Part shown: one piece after another, positions 52,436 to 64,000 of the stretch
Numbering within the stretch: position 1 is the first letter of the stretch
Layout: each line of letters begins with the position of its first letter
Assembly: GCF_006345805.1 (NCBI RefSeq)
Contig: NC_043013.1
Coordinates: 56,854,001-56,918,000 of the forward strand
DNA from: Octopus sinensis
Taxonomy: Eukaryota
Direction of reading: 5' to 3'
Length of the DNA stretch: 64,000 nucleotides
The notes under the pieces: model-generated
The model's database searches: none
Told to the model about the DNA's origin: nothing
What the model saw: only the letters and a program-made list of their open reading frames with translations
Translations under genes and position numbers: made by a program

Positions 52436-53164
52436 TCTCTTTCTGTCTTTTCCTTCATGTCCTAGTGTTTCATTCCACCTGCCTCAAATATTCTCAGGTA
52501 TTTATAGCTGGATTGAGGTTGAATTGCCTTCATCATTTCACCGTTATCATCATCATCATAATCATCATCATCATTATTGCTATTATCAAAAGGGCATCAT
52601 TATTATTATTATCATTATTATTATTATCATTATTATTTATGGTTTATTCCATCATAACTTATTTCAGTTATCATCATCATCATCATCCTTATTGTTAGTA
52701 TTAAAAGAGCAGCAAGCTGGCAGAGCCGTTAGCATGCTGAGCAAAATGCTAAGCAGTATTTCACCCATCGCTGCATTCTGAGTTCAAATTCTGCTGAAGT
52801 GGACCTTGCCTTTCATCCTTTCAGGGTCAGTACCAGTGGAACACTGTGGTCGATATAATTGACTTGTCTCCAGCCCCCAAATTTCAGGCCTTGTGCCTAT
52901 AGTAGAAAGGATTATTATTATTATCATTATCATCCTTATTGCTATTATTAAAAGGACAACAAGCTGGCAGAACCGTTAGCATGCTGAGACAAATGCTAAG
53001 CTGTATTTCACCTGTTATCATGTTTGGAGTTCAAATTCCACAGAGGTTGGCTTTGCCTGTCATCTTTTCGAGGTCAATAAAATAAATATCTGTTGAATAT
53101 TGGGGTTAATGTAATCGACTTACCTTCTCCCTGAAATTGCTGGCCTTGTGCCCAAATTTGAAAC

Positions 53165-53225
<61 letters not shown>

Positions 53226-53226
<1 letters not shown>

Positions 53227-53530
53227 TATGTTTGACTTTTGCTTTACATTTGCACAAGTTGGCTCCAAGTCTCACCCAGAGACCTCAAGAAACAAGTTGG
53301 AATTTCGTGTTGGTGTTATGCGTAGGGTGTCAAATATTTGGTTTTGTACTTAGTGTTGTACTAGTGAATGCTTAAGAAACCATAAGAAAATTATATTTGT
53401 TTTAAAATTTGAGATTACATAGAAAGTATTTTGCGTAGGATATGAGCAGTTCCATGAGCACTATCTTTTGAATTTCTGCCATTTTGGGGTTTCCTGGTAT
53501 CTGAGTTAGGTAGCAATCAGCCCCTTTTGC
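53226..53530 (-). mobile_element. Dong-derived 3'-end-only insertion flanked by (TAA)n
   Basis: YLTQIPGNPKMAEIQKIVLM.TAHILRKILSM* followed by a 3'UTR. Confidence 0.75.
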
Positions 53531-53562
<32 letters not shown>

Positions 53563-53798
53563 TTCATTAAAGTGGTGAGCTGACTGAACTGTTGGTGTGC
53601 TGGATGAAATGCTTTGCAGTTTTTCACCCATTGCTACATTCTGTGTTCAAATTCCTCCAAGGTCGACTTTACCTTTCATCCCTTCAGAGTCGATAAAATA
53701 AGTACCAGTTGCATAATCGACTTTCCCCTCCCCCAAAAATATCTGGCCTTGTACCTATAGTAGAAAGGATTATTGTTATTATTATTATTATTATTATT

Positions 53799-55966
53799 CA
53801 GTAGTTTTATTTTTATAGCGTGCTTTCACTTCACTACCGAGCGCAGCTCTGTGTGCCTTGGGTATGTGCTGTGATTTGTTGTGATGCTCTGATGGTTATT
53901 GTATGGAAAGTGTTCTGCGTAGGATGTGTGCAGTGCCTAGTAGTGCAATTTTCTGTATGTTATATGTGTTTGTAAGTCCTGGTGTTTTTGTTATGTATTT
54001 GTCTGAATATTTTTTTATCATGCCTAATGCACCTACTATGATAGGAATTGTTTCTGTTTTCAGGTTCCACATTCTAGTTACCTCTATTTCCAGGTCTTTG
54101 TATTTTGAGAGTTTCTCCATTTCTTTTAGAGTCACGTTGTCATCTGCCGGTATTGATACATCAATTAGAAAACATTTTTTTTCTTCATGATCTCTGACAA
54201 CTATATCTGGTCTGTTGGCCTTAATTTCTCTATCTGTGTGTATCGGCATATCCCAGAGTATGGTTGCTTTCTCGTTTTCTGTGACATTTTCTGGTGTGTG
54301 CCTATACCATCTTTTTTCTGTTGTTATTCCATAATGTTGGCATAGCTTCCAATGTATGTAGGTTCCAACTCTGTCATGTCTGTGAATATATTCCTTCTTA
54401 GCCAGGACTGGGCAGCTAGAGATAATATGATTTATTGTTTCTTGTCCATCTCCACATATTCTGCAGTTACTTGTAATATTTCTTTTCATTACATGTTTTT
54501 GGTAATTTCTGGTGGGGAGGCTTTGGTCTTGTGCTGCAATTAAAAATTCCTCTGTTTCTGCTTTGAGTCCTGAGCTTCTCAACCATTGCTGGGATTTTTC
54601 TTTGTCTATTTCTTTTGCGTTTAGTTTAGTGCAGTATTTACCATGAAGGGGCTTTTCTTGCCATCATTTTATCATGGCTCGTTGCTGTTCTATTTTTAGT
54701 TTGGATTTCATTTGTTTTATAGCTTTTGTTGTTTCTTCATCATCTTCTTCTTCTTCTTTGTGTTTATTAGGTGTTATGATTTCTTGTTTGTATTTGTCAG
54801 CTTCCTTAAATACTGAGAACAGTTTTTTGTTTTGCTCGTGTTTTGCTGCTATCTGGATCAGTTTTCCTTCCTTCTGAAGTAGGTATTTTTGCAGTCCTAT
54901 GGTGGTTATTTTATCGTAGTTTTCCAGCTGTATAAGGCCTCTACCACCTTCTATACGTTGTATATATAGTCTTTCTATGTCATATTTTGGGTGATGCATC
55001 CTAGATCCTGTCAGTATTTTTCTTGTTTTCTTATCTATTTTGGACATTTCATTTCGTGTCCAGTTAAGGATATTGTAGCTGTAACTTATAACTGGGACAG
55101 CTAAAGTGTTGATACCTATTATCTTGTTTTTAGCATTGAGCTCTGTTTTTAGTATTGATCTAACTCGTCTATAATATTCTTTTTTTATTTTCTCTTTCAT
55201 TTGTGTGTGTTGTGTCTTATCTAGTTCATGGATTCCTAAGTATTTGTAAGTTTGGCTTTGGTTTAATTCTTTTATTTCATTTGTTTTATCTAGTGTGATG
55301 TTGTTACTCTTAACTAGTTTTCCTCTTTTCATGGTTACTTTGGCGCATTTTTCTAATCCAAATTTCATATCTATTTCTTTGGTAAATCCATGAACTGTCT
55401 TTAATAGTGTTTCCAGCTGTTTGTCATTTGCAGCGTATAGTTTTAGGTCATCCATATATAAAAGGTGGCTGATCGTTTTGCCGTAACATTTATATCCGCA
55501 TCCAGTTCTATTTAGCATATCAGATAGAGGTGACAGTGCCAAGCAGAAAAGGAGTGGAGAGAGCGTGTCTCCCTGGAATATTCCTCTTCTAATGGGGATG
55601 TCTTTGGTTTTCATGAGTCCCTCTTTTGTTTGGAGGTGTAGGACTGTTTGCCATTTATTCATAGAGTGCTCTACGAATTTTATGATTGTTGGTGCTACTT
55701 TGTTAATGGCTAGTGTTTCGAGGATCCATGTGTGGGGGATGCTATCAAACGCCTTTTTGTAGTCAATCCAAGTCATACTGAGGCCTTTCTTCTTTCTGTG
55801 GCTGTCTTCAGTTACGGCTTTATTAATCATTAGTTGATCTTTACAGCCATATGAGCCTTTGCGGCATCCTTTCTGCTCTTCTGGGAACAGTTTGTTTTCG
55901 TCCAGGTGCTTGTTCAGCCTTTGCGATATCACTACAGTAAATGCCTTGAACATAGTAGGGAGGCAG

Positions 55967-55970
<4 letters not shown>
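53799..55970 (-). mobile_element. R4/Dong-like RLE non-LTR retrotransposon, 5'-truncated, one premature stop, inserted in (TAA)n
   Basis: RT motifs EQKGC, WIDYKKAFDS, GIFQGDTLSP, YMDDLKL, GGRGL; CCHC CRICG..ETINHIISSC; RLE RPDIV..LIDVSIP..EKLSKYKDL. An in-frame TGA at 54664-54666 (MIK*WQEKPLHG) is the only lesion seen. Confidence 0.95.
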
Positions 55971-56023
<53 letters not shown>

Positions 56024-59000
56024 GTGATCATCATCATCATCATCATCATCATTATTGCTTTTATTAAAAGGGTAGCAATTTGGTAGAATCGTTAGCATGT
56101 CAGACAAAATGCTTAGCAGCATTTCTCCTGTTTTTACATTCCGAGTTCAAATCCTGCTGAGGTTGACATATTTTTCATCTTCTCAGGATCATTAAAATAA
56201 AATTCCTGTTGAGCCCTAGGGTTGATGTAAATGACTTGCCCTCTCCACCAAAATGGCCCTGCGTCTAGAGTAGATAGAATAATTATTATCATTATTGGTA
56301 CAGACATGTGTTTGTGAGTGTTCTCTTCTTTCTTTCCCCTAATTTACACAGGGTCAATGATCGGTACACTATATGGTCACTTGACCTGCTAGAAAAAAAA
56401 TACTGTATCTCCATGAAATTACTGTCAGTTATTTTAAAACTGAAAGGAACAGTAAATAGTTTGTTTCTATTTAATGTGAATATAAACTGGCAAAGGTTTC
56501 TCCATGTATGAAGTGACCAGAAGAAAGAAATGGGAAACTCTCATTCTTCATGTTTCCTCAGTAATTTAGAAGTAAAAACAGTAAAGTCTAGGAGTTTATT
56601 CACTGGATTTGGTTGATTGCTACACAAAATCTTAAATATTTATCAAAAATATTAGATAAACCTTTATGATGGCCACAACACTACAATAGGCTGAACCCTC
56701 CTACACATCCTCACTATGTGGAATATCGTATTATTGATCAGGTAAACAACTTTCGTCTGAATGCCCAGTCAAATGCCAATAATTAAAATAGAGCAGTCTT
56801 GTCATGAAAATGGGAATTCGTTGTGGGTTATTTTAGCAGGTTCATCTGACTTTAGGTTCAAATTCCGTTGAGGTCGACTTTTTCTTTCATCCTTTTGGAG
56901 TCAATAAATTAAGTACCAGTTGCATACTGGGGTCAATCTAATTGATTGGCTGCCCTTCCCCCAAATTTCGGGCCTTGTGCCTAGAGTAGAAAAGAATATA
57001 TTAATTAGTAGGTTGCCAATGGAAACATTTTTTATGGACAAATTAAAGGAGTTTGGTCCTTTGTCTGGCCATGTTTGGACATGAAAATATTGGGTTCACT
57101 TTTAGGTTCACTCTTCTTCTTGTTAGTTTTATTTTTAATATTTTCTTTAGGAATTTTCTCTTTGTATTTGGTGCAGCAATTCTCAAATATTTCATACCTT
57201 TAAATGACATGTTCCAAATTACTAACACAGTTCTTTGTGTTGTGGTTTCGGATTTTATTTTTCAACCTCTTGGGTTCTTTTGTCTAACTTTTCCGTCCAC
57301 TTGGGCTCCTCAATAAAAAAGTAAGAATTTGTATATATAGCTCAAGAACAATGATTACGTGCCAACTATTGGACAGAATAACTCAGAAAAACAACAACAA
57401 AAAAAAAATCAGGAAAAAAACAATAATTTCTCCAACCATGAAGCGTCTAAGCTTTGCTCGTTTACCAGATGTTCATCACACACACTTGTTTTATCACCAA
57501 AAAAATCCATTTTCTTTTCTGATTGGAAATAAAATTCAACAACAGCCGTGAGGAACACTACAGACAATGACTGAGAAACACACGCGACTCCAAAGCTGCA
57601 GCATGGTCGGTTGTCTGTTTTTAGTATTTCATCTTCCTTTTTTTTTTATGTGTGCTGTTCAATTACTATTTTAATGGTACTGCGGTAGATATTTTGTTTC
57701 AGCTATTCCTGGTATACAATGGGATAGGGTTAACATCTTTCTGTGGAATATACGAATACCCCATCTTCTCATTTCGCAAATCTTTCGTTTCATGAATAAT
57801 TGGGAAATTGACATCTATGGAATTATGAAAAGCACCACATCCTGTTGTGATAAACTAACTTTATCATCATCATGACAATCACTGTTTCAACCATCATTGT
57901 TACCATCATCATCATCATCATCATCATTACCATCATCATCATCATCATCTTATCATTTTCCACATTATCATCATCATCATCATCTAGAACATCATTTATT
58001 GCTACTACTGCTACTACAGCTGCTCCCACCACTACCACATCCACTACGATGATGATGACGATGATGAAGAGGATGAATGATGCCAGTGCTGCTACTGGTG
58101 ACATCGATGACACTGATGACGTTGATGGTGCCAAAAATGGTACGTAGTATGAATGGAGTACAACAGCTATGGGCTGGCACTCAACATCTGACGGGTTACC
58201 TCTATTGACTAATTCTTCAGTTCTTTTAAGCAGTGTCTACAAAGGTTACTTGGTAACTGTCAGATACTAAAAGTACCATGCTACTTGTCTTTCAGTCTGC
58301 TAGAAATGGTAACCAAATCTTACTCAAATCACATTATGTCTTCTTAAATAATGGGAAGCTCACATTAGACAGTGGAGTCCTAGATTCACCCTGCAAACAC
58401 AGGGTGGTCATGTTTGGAATGTCTTCCATCACAAGTCTGTTTGATGAGGGTTAACTTGACACTAAGCAATGACAACAACATCCACAACAACAACAAATAA
58501 CAAACCCTTTCATCATACATTGCATCTGTTCTCATCTCACATTTTGTATGTTCTCACCCCTTCCTCTTCTCATCCCCCTCTTCCCCCCAATATTTATTGA
58601 AGCCCAGAACCATTCCACTCTGAAGAAGAAGGAGGAGGAGGAGGAAGAGGAGGAAGAGGAGGAGGAGAAGGAGGAGGAGAAGAAGAAGAAGAAGAAGAAG
58701 AAGAAGGAGGAGGAGGAGAATTGGGAGGAGGAGGAGGAGGAGGAGAAAAAGTAGAAGAAAAAGAAGAGAGATTTGTGTTATCACAGCAATCCCAGACAAA
58801 CACTTCAAAACCTGACATCAGTTCCAATTAAAGATACTCAATGCATGACTTGCCACAATGCCAGTTCACATACGATAATTACCATTGTGTACCAGAAGTC
58901 GGTTCTTACATTCTATTCTTTCACTGTACTGGCTTAGTGTCATAGCCCCGAATAATCAATAATTCATTTAAAAATTTATTGAGCACTTTTACTGAAAAAT

Positions 59001-59212
59001 ACCAAGTTAAGAGAAAAGTTGATGTTGCTAATGACATGGATGGGTCTTTGAATGTATTTGTGTCTTGTAAGTTAACTCTGTTGATCCGGAAGGAGGGGGA
59101 AAATCAAGATGGATAAAGCAGGAAGGGAAGCAGGGATGCTGCCACTGCACCCTGACAAATGTTAAAAGAAATTTTAAGGGTAGATAACGGTAGTGGTTTT
59201 TAGGTTGTTATA

Positions 59213-59535
59213 ATGTCTGACCCCGTGTCGGTGGCATGTAAAAGCACCATCCATTCGTGTCCGTTGCCAGCATCGCCTGGCCCCGTGCCAGTGACACGTA
59301 AAAGCACCATCCGTTCGTGGCCGTTTGCCAGCTCTGTCTGGCACCTGTGCAGGTGGCACGTAAAAAGCACCCACTACACTCACGGAGTGGTTGGCGTTAG
59401 GAAGGGCATCCAGCCGTAGAAACACTGCCAGATCTGACTGGGCCTGACGAAGCCTTCCAGCTTCACAGACCCCAGTTGAACCGTCCAACCCATGCTAGCA
59501 TGGAAAGCGGACGCTAAATGATGATGATGATGATG
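59213..59535 (+). mobile_element. SINE-like element with RTE-type tail and internal ~60-bp repeats
   Basis: GGAAGGGCATCCAGCCGTAGAAAC..CCAACCCATGCTAGCATGGAAAGCGGACGCTAAATGATGATG; a fragment also lies at 43390-43543. Confidence 0.8.
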
Positions 59536-59614
59536 ATGATAATAACAATAATAATAATAATGATGATGATGATGATGATGATAATGGTGATGATGATGAT
59601 AATGGTGATGATGA

Positions 59615-59830
59615 TGTGGCATTTTAAGACAGTTACAATATCAATGATTGTAGGAGCATTTGGAATTATCGAAGAAGGAAGTGAAAATTATTTGAGAATG
59701 ACCGCTGGTTTACCATTCATGCAAGAAGAGCAAAAGATTGTTTTAAATGGTATGTCACATGCATTGAGAAGAGCATTGTTACCATGAGAAGGATTACAAG
59801 CCATGTAATTTGTTCTCTTCACAGAATTTT
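59615..59830 (+). pseudogene. R4/Dong-like extreme 3' remnant after an (ATG/ATA)n run
   Basis: TVTISMIVGAFGIIEEG..QKIVLNGMSHALRRAL. Confidence 0.65.
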
Positions 59831-61702
59831 ATTTCATTTTGCTGAGGGTTTGGTCTTAAACTTGTGACCTTGGGCCTAAATTAGAAACATTTATAAATTA
59901 TTTCACTTTCATCAGTTAATAAGCAATTAAATAAACAATTAAACTGAAGTGAACAACAACCTGGGCAGGTGATTTTCTTGGTACAATGACCCTCCCAAAC
60001 TACTACTACTACTACTTTCAATTTGATTCTATTTCTTGTCAAGTGTCTTCTGAACACCAAAGGCAAAGAAACTCACAGTATACATTGAAGCCATTAAAAT
60101 AAATTCACCAAACCTTCTGCAAGTATTGAACTTGGTCTTATTTCACTGACCATGGAAGGAAGCAAGGTAAAGGACGAAGGAGAAGAAGAAGAAGAAGAAG
60201 AAGGAGGAGGAGGAGGAGGAGGAGAACAACAATGATGATATTGCAAGTGCACGGTTTTAAGTGGAATGAAGTATTCAGTCCAAGATGTTTGTGGTAAATA
60301 AGTTACTGAGCGGAGGAAGGGCAGTGCTAATGACCATTTAAAGATTCTCCAAGACTGGAATGGTGAGCGAAATTGAGGGGGGATTCACATCAGACCAGTT
60401 ACTTAGCTTCAACAGAATGGACATCACTAGAGTTATTGAAGGGTCAGTAAAGTTGTTTGTTGTTGTTGATGGTGGTGGTGTGGTGGTACTCCAGATGACT
60501 GTAACATGACATCTCTATGATGGGCTTCCACACAGTTCAGTTTCCATTTCTGAACTATGTTCAGTTTGAGTCTCTGGAAAAAGGCAATAAACCAGGATGT
60601 GAGGCAAATGGAATAGAACTTTGAACCACAAAGTTAAAAAGAAAGAACTTCTTAAACTCTCTCCTGTCAGTAAAGATTTATTTATGTGAAAAAAATGAAA
60701 CTAGAAGAATCTAAGAATCTCTTTGAGCAGAAATATATTCCATTCATGTAGGAATTATTGACTGGTCGACCTTGAAATGGAAAGTGACAAAATCTTTGTA
60801 AATATCAGACAACTCAAAGGTAACTAAAACTGAAGATTTTTTCGTCACGAGGGTTGTCTGTTGTGAATTTCAAATAATTCTGACTTGACACATTTGTCTT
60901 GTCAATAGATATGTCCAATAGCAGATAATATCTAGAAATAGTTTTAAAACATAGCATAAAATCAAATATCGTTTCAGTCAAAAATGGAGAGAGTAGTCAA
61001 GTTAATCTAAATCTCTAGCCTCCTGAGAGTAAGAATGGATTGGACTTGAAAGTGCCATGCTTAGCTCTTTCGTCTTTCGCTAAATCTGTGACTTGTTGCA
61101 CTTTACAGAATATCAATATATTGGCTGAACAAAAGATCCAACTTAGAGTAATTATAACGGCTTTATTTGGTCTTAGATTTATTTGCTTATTTTCAAGAGT
61201 GCTTTACAAATAAACTGCTTGTAATAATTCAGTTGTGTCTAATCTTAATATGTCCACCAAATAGAATTAATACCATAAGGGTGTGGAGGGGATTAAAGTT
61301 TGGGTAAAGAAGGTGAGAGGTAATTTTTGCAAAGGGAGTTATTCAATATATGATGTGATCTGATTAAGGGATTTCTCTTTATCCATTTCATATTATTTGC
61401 TGTTGACATTATAAAAGCATTGCTATCACACACACACACACACACACACACACAACAGTAAATGGCCATTCTTTGCTGCTTTTTATTAGGTATCTGCTTA
61501 AGTAATCACACACCTAATCAAATAAATCATAGTTATTTAGGACATAATGTATCTCCGATGAAAAAGAGGCTGAATTCCTTCCAATAGATCGAGTTATTAC
61601 AGACAATGAATCGGTTTGACTGGATGTTGGTGTGTGTGGGAGTCAGAATGTTTAAAAAGCTATCAAACAGTAATAAAAGAGACTTATACAGATTCTCCCT
61701 TT

Positions 61703-61772
<70 letters not shown>

Positions 61773-61774
<2 letters not shown>

Positions 61775-64000
61775 GTTTAAATATTTGTTGTGCAAGATTT
61801 TTTATGTGAAGTCGTGTGTTGAAACAGATATTGTTATATTTCGGAATGGTCATATTGCCAGTTTAGCCAATAAAAACACACGCACTATATATTTGGTGTT
61901 ATTTTGCTTCAGTGATATTTATTTTTTACATTAATCTTAATCTTATTTCGGCCAAAGTTCTTTCGTCACACTCCTGTGACCGCATCAGTGGTCCTTTGTT
62001 TTCTTCTCACTTACTTGTGTCTCTCCTTACTAACCGTCAGCCATTTTGTATTTCTATTGTATGTCTTCATTTGCGCATGCTTATATCTCTATGTGCGTCT
62101 ATGTTTATTTAGTGTGTGGGGAGGGGGATGCCTGTATATTTGTATCTTCTGGTTATATACATTCTTGTAATTTGTATTTTGTTTTTTTGTTGTTGCTTTT
62201 GTTCTAATTTTGTTCATGTGTTTACATCCACCCATTATTATCATTACATATGCTTGTATGTATGTATAACAACAATATTAGTAATAATAATAATAAATCT
62301 AATCGAAAAAAAAAAAAAAATATACATATACATATATATATATACACATACATATACATATACATATATATACATATATACACACATACATACACATATA
62401 GATATTCATTTCTATTTCTTTAATTACCTGTGTATTTATTATGTTTGCAGGATCCACTATTGTCATATGTTGTGGTGTGCGCTATTGCTCCATTCTAGTT
62501 TTCTATTCAGGCTAGGTTTATTTTCTATTATATGTGTAGCTTCTGTAATTTGTCTAATTGTTGCATCTGTTCTATGTGTGGACAATATCTTAATCTCTAT
62601 GTTATTGATTGATCCCCCGTGTTCTTGTTCGGCGTGTTGGTACAGAATCGATGAGCTTTTTACCTTCCTTGAGTTGTCTCCAATGTTCATTCACCCGCTC
62701 ACCAATGCTTCTTGCAGTTTCCCCTACGTATGTTACTGTCTTGTTACTGCATCGTCCCTCTATACATCTTATACTATAGACCACATTTCTGGCTTTACAG
62801 TTCGTTTGTGGGCTAAATCTACATACAGTGCAATAGTTATCCGTACAAGAGTTCTACTAAAGGATAGCTTCTACCAATTATAGATCTGATAGGGTTGCCT
62901 GGCTTTTCAACAACCTTAATTCTTAGTTTAAGTTTATCTAGGGTCCTTCTAAAGCGGTACGCTAGTTCACCTCCAGGGGTGGTGTCAACGAACATGACAC
63001 TCTGGTATTTATGGCTATCATACCAAGAGTTGGCCTTCCCTATTTTCTTTTTTGTCCTTTCTATAGTGTTCCATGACTTGTTCCTGTAGAGTGGGCAAAT
63101 CCCATTCCTATCATTACATAATATATTATCAAATTTCTTCATGGCTCCTTTGTATACTCTGATCCTTTCTTTATGGCTGTAACCTGAGAACTGCATGCGG
63201 TGAATGAAATACTGTATGTGTCTCTTTAATTCTGTAGGCTCGCACATGCGTGACACATTTCTCATTATTCTGACGAGGTCTGCCATCAAAATATTGAATT
63301 TGGCATTTGATGGCAGACCTCGTCAGAATAATGAGAAATGTGTCACGCATGTGCGAGCCTACAGAATTAAAGAGACACATACAGTATTTCATTCACCGCA
63401 TGCAGTTCTCAGGTTACAGCCATAAAGAAAGGATCAGAGTATACAAAGGAGCATGAAGAATTTGATAATATATTATGTAATGATAGGAATGGGATTTGCC
63501 CACTCTATAGGAACAAGTCATGGAACACTATAGAAAGGACAAAAAAGAAAATAGGGAAGGCCAACTCTTGGTATGATAGCCATAAATACCAAGTGTCATG
63601 TTCGTTGATACCACCCCTGGAGGTGAACTAGCGTACCGCTTTAGAAGGACCCTAGATAAACTTAAACTAAGAATTAGGTTGTTGAAAAGCCAGGCAACCC
63701 TATCAGATCTATAATTGGTAGAAGCTATCCTTTTAGTAGAACTCTCTGTACGGATAACTATTGCACTGTATGTAGATTTAGCCCACAAACGAACTGTAAA
63801 GCCAGAAATGTGGTCTATAGTATAAGATGTATAGAGGGACGATGCAGTAACAAGACAGTAACATACGTAGGGGAAACTGCAAGAAGCATTGGTGAGCGGG
63901 TGAATGAACATTGGAGACAACTCAAGGAAGGTAAAAGCTCATCGATTCTGTACCAACACGCCGAACAAGAACACGGGGGATCAATCAATAACATAGAGAT
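61773..64000. mobile_element. PLE of the same family as 3025-4621, forming a fold-back palindrome centred at 63291-63305
   Basis: Minus-strand copy 61773-63305 with GIY-YIG (VYSI..YVGETARSIGER) and RT C-terminus; 63306-64000 is the reverse complement of 62593-63290. Confidence 0.92.
61950..61994 (-). ncRNA. Hammerhead-like motif in the PLE terminus (sister of 3144-3188)
   Basis: GGACCA CUGAUGC G GUCAC-AGGAGU-GUGAC GAAA GAAC UU UGGCC. Confidence 0.6.

Noticed and set aside
55968-56052. MMMM..IIII N-terminus of the 462-aa RT ORF
   Set aside because: Read-through from the flanking microsatellite; real element sequence starts at ITCLPT.
57040-57620. Possible further LINE 5'UTR/ORF1 remnant (KWTEKLDKRT vs QWIENLERRT)
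   Set aside because: Similarity is weak and not extendable by eye.
57870-58150. Possible host exon ending at AAAATG|GTACGT
   Set aside because: Trinucleotide low-complexity sequence with no acceptor site or protein similarity.

Overview
Repeat-saturated animal genomic DNA, most likely a coleoid cephalopod such as Octopus (inferred from the very dense TA/GATA/TAA microsatellites and the tRNA-derived SINE types). I found no host-gene exon. The window is almost entirely nested retroelements. (i) A near-intact CR1-group LINE (8611-14243, +) with a tandem-monomer 5' region and an ORF1 carrying a Myb/SANT-like domain plus a CCCH finger; an internally deleted inverted sister copy lies at 17287-19280. 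(ii) A full-length Tx1/L1-like LINE (27214-37061, -), split next to its YADD motif by a Mag-like Ty3/Gypsy element with 5-bp TSD and an inverted integrase; it sits in tandem with a truncated sister, and every end abuts (GATA)n. (iii) Several R4/Dong-like RLE retroposons sitting in (TAA)n. (iv) Penelope-like elements in (TA)n whose termini carry minimal hammerhead-ribozyme motifs, including a 95-bp hairpin module and a fold-back palindrome of at least 695 bp. (v) Many SINEs, a mariner remnant and a MITE. The main theme is that each retroelement family occupies its own microsatellite class, and some families deposit tails that appear to serve as new targets. Coordinates were counted by eye and may be off by a few bases; family names are motif-based and no database search was run.
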